Below, one piece after another: positions 22,982-34,129 of a stretch of 64,000 nucleotides of DNA (positions are counted from its first letter, which is position 1; every line of letters begins with the position of its first letter). The stretch spans positions 1,650,747 to 1,714,746 of the forward strand of contig SMSO01000037.1 of assembly GCA_004764695.1 (NCBI GenBank). Reading direction: 5' to 3'. A program made the position numbers and the translations under genes. The stretch comes from Schizochytrium sp. TIO01 (lineage: Eukaryota > Protista > Bigyra: Labyrinthulomycetes). The notes beneath the pieces are model-generated. The model did not search any database. It had not been told where the DNA came from and saw only the letters and a program-made list of their open reading frames with translations.

Positions 22982-25543
22982 ATGAGCCAAAGGCCACCAC
23001 GAAGAAGTCATTACAGAGATGCGGAGATCAAGCGACAAATTGAGAACTGGGACACCGAAGCCAAACGAAGTTGGCAACGACGCCCACTTCGCTCCATGGG
23101 CCGAGGTCAAGAAGGGTCAAGCCGAGACGAGAATGCACACAGGCGGCTCGAATTGAGCAGTGCAGAATCACTGACTCAAGTTGGCAGTGGTGCAACGAAT
23201 GCTGGCGGAGATGATGGAGAAGATGGAGAGGATGGTGAAGGCCGTGGAGGAGGAAAACTGTTCAAGAGAACCTCTGTCAGAAGACCAAGCGTTGAATCGA
23301 AAAGGGACTCAATTTCAAGGTATATGAGTTCAAAGCGCTCAAGTAAAAAAAGGATAAGCAGAGCGTCGCGGAAAACCCTCGAATTTGCAGCGACTTATGA
23401 CCCAGAGACTGCTGTTCAAGGTTATTTAAAACAAAGATCGACTGCTGGAACTGGCTGGCATAGGCGATGGTTCATCTTACATGACCACTACTTATCTTAT
23501 TCCAAGAAACGACCGCGTTCCCAGGCCGAATTTCTTGAAACTGTGCTAGGCTCTATAAACCTGTGGGCCGTTAACCAGGTCGAAGTTGAGGGGTGTGATA
23601 TGATAATCAGCCTTCGTAACCGCTCCAGAAGCTCGGATAGCTGCGTTAGTGCGGAAGACTCTGTCGCTGGCAAGTCCCGCTGGCTTGCACGCGCCTACAC
23701 CATGTTCTCCTTCTCAAAGGACGAGGTTGTACTCCGTGCGGAAAACGAAGACACAGCACAACGTTGGGTCCAGGCAATGTACTCGGGTCCTTTTGCAGGT
23801 CAAGCACAGCAAGCTTATGACGCTGAAGGCTCTAAGATGATTACAAATTTAAGTATTTCCGCCGAAGATGTGGAACGACTTGGTGTCGAGGAAGAGGAAG
23901 AAGAGGAGGATTGTGGCCTTCGAGATCCGGGACTCGCCGTGCATCGCTTACGGGTCACCATGACGCGAAAGGCAACAAAATCTCCACTGTTTGAATCCAA
24001 AAGGCTTTTCGGAACTCGAATCGCACTCGGCCGAGTACCACCCTCTGCGCGTATTCAGGTTGATATGTGCCGCATCGGCAAACCAGTAGGAATGCTTGCA
24101 TCAAAGCCCATCTCGACTTATCCCCAGCTTCCAAATGGAGCCTATCGAGTCGCAATACTTGACGCAGATATGATGCTTGATGGCGTAATTGTTCAAGTTC
24201 GTCGTGACCCACTCCACGCTTTAATGAGCGATTTAAACTCAGTTACCACGAGTGGGCTTGCTATCGTCTCTTTAAGCATCTGCATGGTTTGCATGCTGAT
24301 CGTCAAATCTAGTTTTGGTATCGTTCTAGGGTTTGCTATTCAAGCAGCAATCCTCGCTTTCCTGCTGCATCAAAATCAGGATGCAATGATTCTAGAAAAT
24401 ATCCGCATAGTGTCCATGCAAGAAGCTCTCGCAGTGGATTTAATGGCTGAACAGAACAGCAAGCTACGAAGAAATTCAAGCTCGAGGGGCTCTATGCGCC
24501 GGGGATCAATTCGACGTGAGTCCATGCTTCGGGGGCTCGGAGAAAGCTCAGCGCGCAGTATTGCCGCCGAAGACCTTGGTGATGGCGTTGAACTCACTTC
24601 TGTGGAGGAGTCTTTATTGAAGGAATTCCGTTCACGAGTATCTGATTTGTTGAATCCTCGCAAAGTACGTGATCCTTATGCCCGGGAACTCTATAGACAG
24701 TATATTTCTGAAGATTTTCGCCTGATCAGATTTTTGCGGGCGCGCAATCTTAGTCTCCGAAAAGCAGAGAAATTCTTACGCAAGTCCTTACAATGGCGCA
24801 TCGACTATGGTGCTAGCGAAATTCATCAACATTTTACGCCCCCAGAATGGATGATGGACTACTTTGGTAGTGATGATATTCTGCGTAGAATACGAAATCA
24901 CGAGGACCGCCTCCCATGGTATTTTCAAGACGAAGAAAACCACCTTTCGTTGTTTTTGCGTATAGGCCGTGTCGATTATCGAAAAACCTTCATCAAGCTA
25001 GAAGAGGATGGTGATCTCTTATTTCGTTGCGGAGTCTGGTTGTTCGAAATGCTTTTGCAGGACCTTGAAAGACACTACGAGCTAAGCGGAGGAAGGGTGG
25101 CTCCCCAAATTTCCCTTGTTCTTGACATGGAAGGCTTTCAATTGAGCAAACAGCTTCCTATCTCCACAGCACTGTCTCTTGCACGACGTTACGTGGGCAA
25201 ACTTCTCGATGGTTATCCAGAAATCTTAGCTAACATTACCATCATTAATGCTCCGTGGCTTTTCAATTCTCTTTGGACTATGTTTCAACCGTTTTTCCCG
25301 GAGCGGGTGCTATCAAAGATTTGGATTGGCGGCTCCAATAAGCGTGCGTGCCAAAAGCGTATACGTATGGTTTATAATGGTAATCAAACTCCTGTGGCTT
25401 ATGGTGGGTATCTAAAGGAAGATGAGGACCTCTTTTGTTCATCTAGAGTGCCATGCCGTGGCCCTTATTTAGAGGATGAAGGTTCTTCGCTTTTGGCTGG
25501 AGACGACGATAGTTATGGCGAATTTGGGCCACTCAATGGATGA
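22982..25543 (+). CDS. PH domain + two-helix membrane segment + CRAL-TRIO (Sec14-like) lipid-binding protein
   Basis: PH: VQGYLKQR..WHRRWFIL..LSYSK..LRAENEDTAQRWVQA. Hydrophobic: GLAIVSLSICMVCMLIV and FGIVLGFAIQAAILAFLL. Sec14: DFRLIRFLRAR..SLQWR, VLDMEGF, YPEIL..IINAPWLF..W...PF, TPVAYGG. First ATG at 22982. Confidence 0.9.
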   Translation: MSQRPPRRSHYRDAEIKRQIENWDTEAKRSWQRRPLRSMGRGQEGSSRDENAHRRLELSSAESLTQVGSGATNAGGDDGEDGEDGEGRGGGKLFKRTSVRRPSVESKRDSISRYMSSKRSSKKRISRASRKTLEFAATYDPETAVQGYLKQRSTAGTGWHRRWFILHDHYLSYSKKRPRSQAEFLETVLGSINLWAVNQVEVEGCDMIISLRNRSRSSDSCVSAEDSVAGKSRWLARAYTMFSFSKDEVVLRAENEDTAQRWVQAMYSGPFAGQAQQAYDAEGSKMITNLSISAEDVERLGVEEEEEEEDCGLRDPGLAVHRLRVTMTRKATKSPLFESKRLFGTRIALGRVPPSARIQVDMCRIGKPVGMLASKPISTYPQLPNGAYRVAILDADMMLDGVIVQVRRDPLHALMSDLNSVTTSGLAIVSLSICMVCMLIVKSSFGIVLGFAIQAAILAFLLHQNQDAMILENIRIVSMQEALAVDLMAEQNSKLRRNSSSRGSMRRGSIRRESMLRGLGESSARSIAAEDLGDGVELTSVEESLLKEFRSRVSDLLNPRKVRDPYARELYRQYISEDFRLIRFLRARNLSLRKAEKFLRKSLQWRIDYGASEIHQHFTPPEWMMDYFGSDDILRRIRNHEDRLPWYFQDEENHLSLFLRIGRVDYRKTFIKLEEDGDLLFRCGVWLFEMLLQDLERHYELSGGRVAPQISLVLDMEGFQLSKQLPISTALSLARRYVGKLLDGYPEILANITIINAPWLFNSLWTMFQPFFPERVLSKIWIGGSNKRACQKRIRMVYNGNQTPVAYGGYLKEDEDLFCSSRVPCRGPYLEDEGSSLLAGDDDSYGEFGPLNG

Positions 25544-25823
25544 AGAACTCATTTCTCATTTTTTGTTAACAATTCCGCCAGTATGTCTGCGTAGACCCGA
25601 TCTGTATTTTCGCAAATGTTTTTTAGTTTTATTAATTTACTATTACTTCATGTTTCTATTTTTTCACTTAACAGAGGAGAGGAAGGAGATCTTAAAGTGT
25701 TCTTCTTTTGAATACTGTATAAAGTTTTATAACAAAACACTAATTTCTACTTTTGAATCAAAGGTATATCTAAAGATGGGCAACTAAATGTAATGGAGTT
25801 GGAGATATAAATGGTGAGTTGAC

Positions 25824-26765
25824 CTACATGTCTACATGTGTCCGTGCATGCAAGAGTATTGCTGCGAAATAACTAGATGCTACGACGAGGGCCATTGCCA
25901 CATCGACAAATCTAACATCTTCCCAGATGCTCTGGTCCTGATTCATAGCAACAGCCTTCTTTTCCTGCTGAGACTTTGCTTTATTGTAAAGCTGTTGAGC
26001 TGTGTCTGACAATTTACCATTGTTATTAAGGGCGATGTGGGAGAATGCCGAGCTCGTATACGCTCGTGTCTGATATCTTCGACCCAGTTTATGAAGCTTG
26101 TCGAGATTGACCGCGAAGTTTTGCGCATTCATCTTCAGTGCTTGAGAGCCAAAGGTTCGCTGAATCCATTTAGGGACCATGTCAAGGCGCACATTAATTG
26201 AGCAATATATTCTATATGAGCATTTGTCTGAGGATGTTGGGTCTGGTTTCAGCCTAGCACAGCTTCTTACTAACGCACGGACTCGTTTGGATTGGTCTGG
26301 GGAAGGTGGAGCTAATTCATGCTCTGTAGCAAAGCTAACACGATACATTGTACCGTCAGGGGTAGTTTGCCAGTGCTCATGAGATACCACGTCTCTTGGA
26401 GCTGTAAAATACATGGACTTCATTACAATATGAGTGACTTTATTGTGGTAGTCAAACTCTTCAAGAGTGGAAATGGAATCTACGTTAGGGTCTAACTTTT
26501 TAGCAAGTGGTTTGTCCCCAAGCAATGCGACCAGTTTTGTGAGTGAAAAATCAAAGGTACCTTCTGCCCAGCACCGAAGTTCCGTAAGGTCACCATCTTT
26601 GGGCATGTAGTATTTAAACCCGCCAATTGATCCAACGAGGCGCCATTCAGGGCTTTCCTCTGAGAGTTGATTGAGCGCTTGAATTTCCTTTTCAATAATA
26701 TCTTCCTTTCCTTTGGGTAAAATTGGTTTACCCCAATCCTCCACGAATTCTCGTTGTTCGTCCAT
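25824..26765 (-). CDS. START/SRPBCC-domain lipid-binding protein with a C-terminal TM anchor
   Basis: START-like W in SPEWRLV, APRDVVS, ATEHELAPP, RVRA and VPKWI; hydrophobic tail FVDVAMALVVASSYFAAILL. Confidence 0.82.
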   Translation of the reverse strand: MDEQREFVEDWGKPILPKGKEDIIEKEIQALNQLSEESPEWRLVGSIGGFKYYMPKDGDLTELRCWAEGTFDFSLTKLVALLGDKPLAKKLDPNVDSISTLEEFDYHNKVTHIVMKSMYFTAPRDVVSHEHWQTTPDGTMYRVSFATEHELAPPSPDQSKRVRALVRSCARLKPDPTSSDKCSYRIYCSINVRLDMVPKWIQRTFGSQALKMNAQNFAVNLDKLHKLGRRYQTRAYTSSAFSHIALNNNGKLSDTAQQLYNKAKSQQEKKAVAMNQDQSIWEDVRFVDVAMALVVASSYFAAILLHARTHVDM

Positions 26766-29337
26766 CTTCTCCCGAAGTTCAGGATAAAGAGTTCTTTAGC
26801 TTGATTTGGTGGTGTTTGCTTGTTGCGTGCCTGTCTACTCAAAGGCGAGCTCCTACTCAAAGGCAAGCTCCGCAAGGATACTCGAGCTGTGGTAGTAACT
26901 CGTCTATTCACTTTAGAAAAAATACTGTTCTATACACGGTGCTAGCGGATTACTTCACCGCAGAGTTCTGGTAGTGCCTGTGGAGTCCAGACCCTCTCCA
27001 CGCGTGCTTGAACTCACAAAAACTGCGGAAAGGTATCTGCGGCGGTGTTAGGTACGCGCTCCGGATGGAGCAAATCTGCTTCTTTGCTCCTTTACAAAGA
27101 TCGGGTCGAACAGGCAGTGGCTCCGCTGATATGGCCCCTATAGTAGTCACCCCGACACTAATTTGCGGCCCTCTCGAGCTTTTTGAGTAGCTCTGGGCAG
27201 AGAAGCAAGCGCGGTGAGCGATGGCTATCGGAGACTGAGAACCAGAAGCAGAAGCGAAGCAGGGAGAGGTAGACTACACCTCTGGCGTCATCAGCCTCAA
27301 GGGGTCCCCGCGCAACCCAAAATAGGGTCCCCGCGGCGCGTATTTGGGGTTTCCCAGGTGGTTTCCCGTTATGGTTTCATAACTTCCAGTGTATGACGTA
27401 AGCTTACGTTCGCGCCAAAAAAGAAACGAAAAGAACTTTGAAAAGGAAAAAAAAGAAACAGTGAGAGAGAAGATCAGAAAAGACGAGTCCGAGGAATCGA
27501 TCATCCGTTCTGTGTTGGCGTCAAGAAGCATACGGCTTTGACGGGAGTTTTGCAGTGGTTTACGTTCCAAGAAGGTGAGCGTTCCGTTGAGGTTGTTTAC
27601 ATTTGGTCCGTTGCGAACAAGTGAAATGTCACGCAGTCTCAGCTGGCGAGCTTTGGCAGTAGAATTATTATCATATGAATTTTCCAGGTTCATGTTCGGG
27701 CAGGCCATCTATAAGTGTTGAAATTATTTAAAAAAAGGCTTTTGTTAATTATATATTTTATAATTTTTAAAAGTTGTTTTTTAAAATTAAAAATTAAAAC
27801 GAAAAACTTCAGAAACAACTTGAAGATCAAAATGAAATTCTGACTCGGAGTAACAACGTCGAGGAGGAGAAGCTTTGAAGTGTGCAACACCAAAACATCC
27901 TATCTTAAACACTATAGGTAGCGCTATACTATACCTTTGCGATAGGCCAGCGGAAGTATTACCACTGAAGCTTCCTGTTCGCACAAAGCTGTGATCCAGG
28001 ACTCGAGAGACTCGCATCACTTTATAAAAGGTGGTCGGCCGGCTTTGACGTGTTTCATAACATGAAGCTCTCAGACTCAGCTGCTTATCTAATGGTAATT
28101 CCTCAAATCTTGGGCTAATTCTATCATCTTCTATATAGTGGCGTAACAAAGAGGTCATTGCACCGTTTGTGAATATGAATATTTATGGACAGAGATGATA
28201 AAAATTCGTCCCATGTCTTGAAATGCAATATTAATAGGGCTCTAAACTCGAGTTGCAACATACAATTCACACCTTGAAAGAACGGCGGATTTTAAGATCA
28301 GAGTTGTTATAATCGTGGTGGAGCGTGTTATGTTAAAATGGTTTCGAAGGCGAAGACCTCTTCGCTGAATGGCGAGACCGCATCCTTTGATTAGCAGAGT
28401 TGAAGACCCTCTTCTGGAGACGTTCAAGAGCTTAACAGGAAGATTATTTTGTTTTCCTCACTTCTGCAAGTACACTCTTTCGTACCTTCAAGCAAGCAAG
28501 CAAGCAAGCAAGTTGATACGATATGGTCTTAGATAAGTCATAGTTATCTCCACCATACGAGCAAATCATGCTATTTAGCTCCTTCCAGTTGCTGTCTGAT
28601 TGGTCCTCTAGATCCTTCGCCACGTCAAATAACCTTGCAATTTGTTGTACACACTTTGGCAAAAGCCTCCTCCCTCCCCTCCCGTGGGATCCCTCCTCTG
28701 AAGCCCCCTTATCTTGCTGGTCCAGCCGCATTATAATAAAAGAACGAGTGGCTCTTCAATACTGCCATAGCACATCAGAAAGAACGAGCTCGCCCGCTCT
28801 GAGCTCAGCTCGATGGTTCGTCGATGGTGCCTGGAGTCCCTCCTGAGTCTGATCGTTCCAAGAGCCTTCGCCGCGGCGACGGCGTCGTCTTCCTGGGTCC
28901 TGGAGTGTGGCGATCGCTGAGTCCAGGAGCGCACATCCTTCAAAGAAAACTTTCTTTAACTTTCCTTTTTTAAACCTACCTACCGCCAGTGGTGCCTTCT
29001 TCCTCCAAAACTCTGCTGATCAATCTATTCCTAGCAACCTCAAAAGAAACTTGACCACAATCTCTAACGAGAGCTCAACAGGAGCTTTGGTTCGCTCAAG
29101 CTCAAAAGAAGTGGTCAATTCAAGTTGTAGTTGTCAACCTCTCCTCCGTGGATCAAATGCAAAAGCCGCAACTCGTCATATCGGCATCTAAATCCTCCTC
29201 CACTCCGCTACTGTGAAGGCTTCGTGCATTGTCTTTCTTGCCTAGGTAGGCCATCTTGAAGTGCTTCGTTGCGCCCGTGCGCGATGGTGCTGGTGTGCGG
29301 TTTGGATTTCGAGTTCGAGTTGCGAATTTGCATCATT

Positions 29338-29438
29338 CAAATCCAAACTCCAATTCAAAAATTCAAAAATTCAAAAATTCAAAAACTCAAAAATTCAAAA
29401 ACTCAAACTCCAACTTGAATTCAAATTCAAATTCAAAA
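29338..29438. repeat. Degenerate AAATTC/AAAAATTC simple repeat
   Basis: Read directly. Confidence 0.75.
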
Positions 29439-32034
29439 TGTGATGGCCAGAATTGTGCCCATGAACTTCAAACTGCTCCAGAGTACCAAAGCGACCCAAG
29501 CCGGACTCCTCCGGAAGGGCCGCGCCCGGTGCCGCTGCTCCACCCTCGCCTTGCCTCGGAGCGCCATCGGAGAGCTGGCGGGAACGGAGCGCTCCGCGAG
29601 GGCTCGATCGATGCCTTCTCCTTTGCTTCCTCCCTCATTCTCCAGCCCTCCTTTCTCTGGTCTTCCTCAAAGGTCTCGCTCATGTTACCAACTAACTAGC
29701 GCCGCAACTAACAGGTACGCTAGGACGTTCGTAAGAAACTAAGTGGCGGTAGTATGTCCATCCATACAAAGGAGCCTGCCTCTGCCTACGAGCTACTTCG
29801 CCTGCTGCTCTGCGCCATGGTTTTGCTCAGACAGAAAACAACCAACCGCATCATGGATGCATTGGTCGGGAGATTGGTTGGATGGCAGGGCGGGAGGTCT
29901 TGCGTGCTTGCGTCTGAGGCTCGCCCGAAGGCTTATTTTGGAGCCCATTGGATAACTGCGCATCGCTGCTTTTGCTTGACATTCGCTGTACTACCTACCT
30001 CCCTGGAGTTATAGGCAGTTAGTTAGTTGTTCTTCTTGCTGGTGGTTTTGATTATTCTCAATTCATAAATTAGATAACGAACGAGATAGATCTGAGATCC
30101 TGCGCCGCTGTGGACAGGGCTTGGTGTAGGTAGATACGAGGAGACAGCACAGCCTCGACTGCAATGCTCCAACCTTCGACTTCATGCCAGAGGTCGATCT
30201 GAGGGCAACGAATAGGATCAGCTACTATCGACGTTCAAGTTCAACTTGTGAGAATAAAAGTGCCTGAGCCACTTGGTTTCATTTTAACCAACAGAGTGTT
30301 GTTGAGCAAATGAAGAAAGAAAGAAAGCATGAAAGGAAGGAAGCGGCATAAAAGGAACGCTCAGGGAATCGTCACTCATAGGGATTAGAGTAGGTGGAGG
30401 TTATGAGTTCACGGAGGCGAGACGAGGCAGGAAGAGGGAGAGAAATCGCGGCGGAACTCGAAGCACAAATCTGAGGAGCGGAAACATTAGATTACTATCA
30501 CATTCCATGCTCCGTAATGCACGATTAATTTGTACCACAGAGGTGAGTAGTGCAGGAAATCAACCCAATCGAGCAGGCACCACGGCGCAAAAGCCGTCTG
30601 CAAGCTGACGGACTGCTCGCACGCCCGCTGAGCAGACCGTCGCTTGGATGTCTGGCTGTACCTTTGACGAATTTGGCAAACATCCAATTAGAAAAAAGAA
30701 AAGAAGAGTTATCCAACAAAACAATCACCAAATACCTCTAAAGTAGTATCTACCTACCTACTTGCCTACTATAGCAGGTTTACTTCTTTTGTTTTTATTT
30801 TTTAGATTTAGAAAGAAATACAAAGTAGAGGAAGAACACCGGCACTAGACGATAAGAAATGATGGAGTTCAAGCCGATCGATTAAGGGCCACGCTCACGA
30901 GACACAACCGCGCTCCTCGCAAGGCAAGAGATTTATGCATATGCATCCCAGTCATTCGCCTACTGGTGATCGCATCTTGGCCCCAAGGTTGAGCTTTCGG
31001 GATTTACGATTTCCGCTTCATGGACGACCAATCACGAAGCGTGAATTTGGATTTATATCATAGGTACTAGAATGGAAGAAGCATAATCCATCGGCGTCAT
31101 CGGAGTGGATAGGCGGGGGTCGAAATGACCCTGTAGTTTGCAGTAGCCAGCCTCTAGGGCGCCGTGAGCAGATGGTTGGGGACTTGAGAACAAATGAGTG
31201 ATGGTGACTTGGATACCTACCTTGAGATCCCGCCTGAATGAGCGACTGAAATGAGGAAGAGAGAGAAAGCATGATCTGGCAGGCCATCTATCTATCTGTC
31301 TGCGCTTGCATAGGTGTTGGGCAGGTATGTTAGATCTCGGCTTCTTATTATTATTATTATTATACCTCGATAAGCAGCAGGGCTCAGGAGCAAAGGAGAG
31401 CGAATTCTAAAAAGGGCTTGCTGGGCAACGAGAGAACGATTTTCTTTAGCTTCCTTCCGCTGTATTTTCTTTTGGTGTTTTGGTTTGAAAGAATAAATCA
31501 TATGAAAGGAGACCAAGACAAGAAGAGGAAGCCTCCTAACTAACTAGCTACCAACTAGGCACCACTAAGTGGAAAAGCCGCACTCCTATGGGCCTTCTAC
31601 GGAGTACTTGGACCACTGTTCCCTCAGCAGAGGCGACGACGGTGTGAGGGGAAAGCCAAACTTTGGAAACCTCCTCACGCAGCTGTCACAAAAACATAGA
31701 GACAGTGGGCCCAAGAGGAGAGCACCTCGGTTCAGCACAGATGAGAGGAGAAAAGATTTGAAAAAGCCTGGGAGGGAGACGGACGTATGTAGGTGTTATT
31801 TATTGTAGTGCTAGTGAGACTCCTGGTTTCGATATTCGAGTTAGGCGAATGGTTTGGTTTAAAGAAGAGAGAAAAGGAAAACGCTTAGTTGGGTGGGTTG
31901 CATCTTTGAAAAAAAGACAGACAGACAGACACAGAGGAAGAGGAGGAATGGAATTTGAATTTTGATTTCTGAAGAGGGAAAGCAAATCCCAAATTCCTCG
32001 CGGTGGCAAGAACAAGAAGAAGACGGAGTTAAAG

Positions 32035-33197
32035 ATGCTTCAGGCCATCAGCCGCGCAACGGGCCGCTTTGCCCTGGGCTCGCAGCGCGTCCACGCTCGT
32101 GCTCTTCACGTGAGCCCCACCCTGCAGCAGTGCAATCACAAGCACGACAACCCTAAGACCAACAAGATCCTCGCTGAGAAGATCGATGAGTACATCTCGC
32201 AGGAGGACCTCCAGATGATGGAGGAGTACCCTGAGCTCATGGGATCCCACCCGGAGCTTGAGGATGTCCTTGCTGGCAACAAGGCATGGGTAGAGCGCAT
32301 GAACAAGGAGGACCCGGAGTTCTTCAATCGCATTGGTGGCAAGCAGGAGCCCCGTTACCTCTACATTGGATGCTCTGATGCTCGTGTTGACCCGTCCCGT
32401 CTCATGGGTCTCGACTACGGCAAGCTCTTTGTGCACCGTAACGTTGGTAACCAGGTCTCCAGCTCTGACCTCAACGCGCTTACCGTTGTGGACTTTGCTG
32501 TCAACCACCTTCACGTGCCCCACATTGTTGTGTGCGGTCACTACGATTGTGGTGCCGTGCGCGGATCTATTGCTCGCCCTGAGGACGGTGGTCTTGGTCT
32601 TGTCGAGAACTGGCTTCGCGGCATTCGTGATGTCGCCCGCCTCCACCGCGACGAGCTCATGGCTATTGACGATGGCGAGGCTCGTCAGCGTCGCCTCGTC
32701 GAGCTCAACGTCATTGAGCAGTGCCTTAACCTCTTTAAACTTGGCCCCGTCCAGCGCCGCCGCGTTAAGACCTATGCTGCCAACAAGTACTCCTTTGCGC
32801 TGCCGCGCATCCATGGCCTCGTTTTTGACCCCGCAAACGGTATCCTCAAGAAGCTCCCGCTTGACTTCAAGAAGGAAGTTCGTAAGTTTACTTTGATATT
32901 TGTAATACCTCCACTAAGAAACGCCAACGGTGAGAGTTTGTCATTTCTCGCATTAGGTGGAGGAGATGCTCTTGCTTTATTCGATCATTTTTTGAATTGT
33001 GTACAGTTGACTAACCATCATACAACCAAACTCACAAAACTTTTCTTGCTTACCTGTGAATTGATACAGAGATCTACCGCGACCTCTATGATCTCTACCG
33101 CTTGCCGGAGTGGATCACCCGTCGTGACTCTTTCAAGGCCGGAAAGATCACCGAGGAGGCCGGATTTTGGGATGGATCCAAGAAGGATTCTCAGTAA
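32035..33197 (+). CDS. Beta-class carbonic anhydrase, probably mitochondrial; join(32035..32881,33070..33197), 324 aa
   Basis: Zn motifs GCSDARV, HRNVGN and CGHYDCG; Arg-rich presequence; 188-nt phase-1 intron GTAAGT(32882)..TTGACTAAC(33007)..CAG(33069) gives the C-terminus KKEVQIYRDLYDLYRLPEW..KKDSQ*. Confidence 0.92.
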
Positions 33198-34129
33198 AGT
33201 TCACATTTTTTTCTTCACACCTACACGTACACAACCTTTTATTCATATCTTTTTGCTATTTGTTCCTCATTTTAGTTTGTTGATGTTTATTCTTGATTTC
33301 GTTGCTTTTATCCAAACAGGCATTATCGCAACCAAGTTGGTTGGTGTCCATGTTTGCCTCGGATGGAATCATCATGGAAACGTTATTGGGTCTCTTTTGA
33401 CGAAGGAGAGTGCCAGGTCTATCTCCCTAGCCTTTGGCAATTCCTGTCAGTCCCTTGACAAGGTTGGGAGCTTGAGCCAAAACAACCATTCGCGCTTTTT
33501 TTTTTTTAACTCTTTGCAGTGAAGGTTGCTGCAGTACCTAGCAACTGAATGAAAATGTACATATTGAGTGGGCACTCCTCCATATTTTGGAACAACGCTC
33601 ATCATAATTCGCCCTTCTTCTTGTTTATAATAATATTTTAATTCTTTTGAAATATTTTAATTTTGACTCGTTATGGTTCTCATTTGGCAAATATGAATGA
33701 AAGAACTCGGTCTCTAGTACCTTGGTAAGTTTTATTTAATTTTCCAAAACCTAAAGTTGGCTCTCTTTGCAAATACCTCGAGAAACATTTCCCTTTTCTT
33801 GTGTTTCTTTGATGGAAGTAGAGAGGATCTTGGAAGCTTGGCAGTCAACAGCCTAAAAATAGCATAATTTAATGATTGCGTTGGGCTGGGTCTTAACTTA
33901 TGTGAATGATTGATAAGAGTTGCCGTGGACTAGTCAGTACCCTTCAAATAAGTAATTTCGTGAAGTGTTTTCGAAGAATATTAAGGAGTCATAGACGACG
34001 TTTAATACATGAAAGGCCTATTTATCATTACAATGAGCTTATATGTTCTCAATATTAAATTGACCAAGCTAGGGAAACAAACAGAGTGCCACAGAGAAAA
34101 GTAGATACAGGCAAGCTCAGAATCCTGGT

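Noticed and set aside
27155-27186. Sm-site-like AATTTGCGG before a T run, suggesting an snRNA
   Set aside because: No U1, U2, U4 or U5 signature sequences upstream
32882-33522. Hydrophobic C-terminal extension of the 495-aa carbonic anhydrase ORF
   Set aside because: It is intron and 3'-UTR read-through; the spliced model fits better
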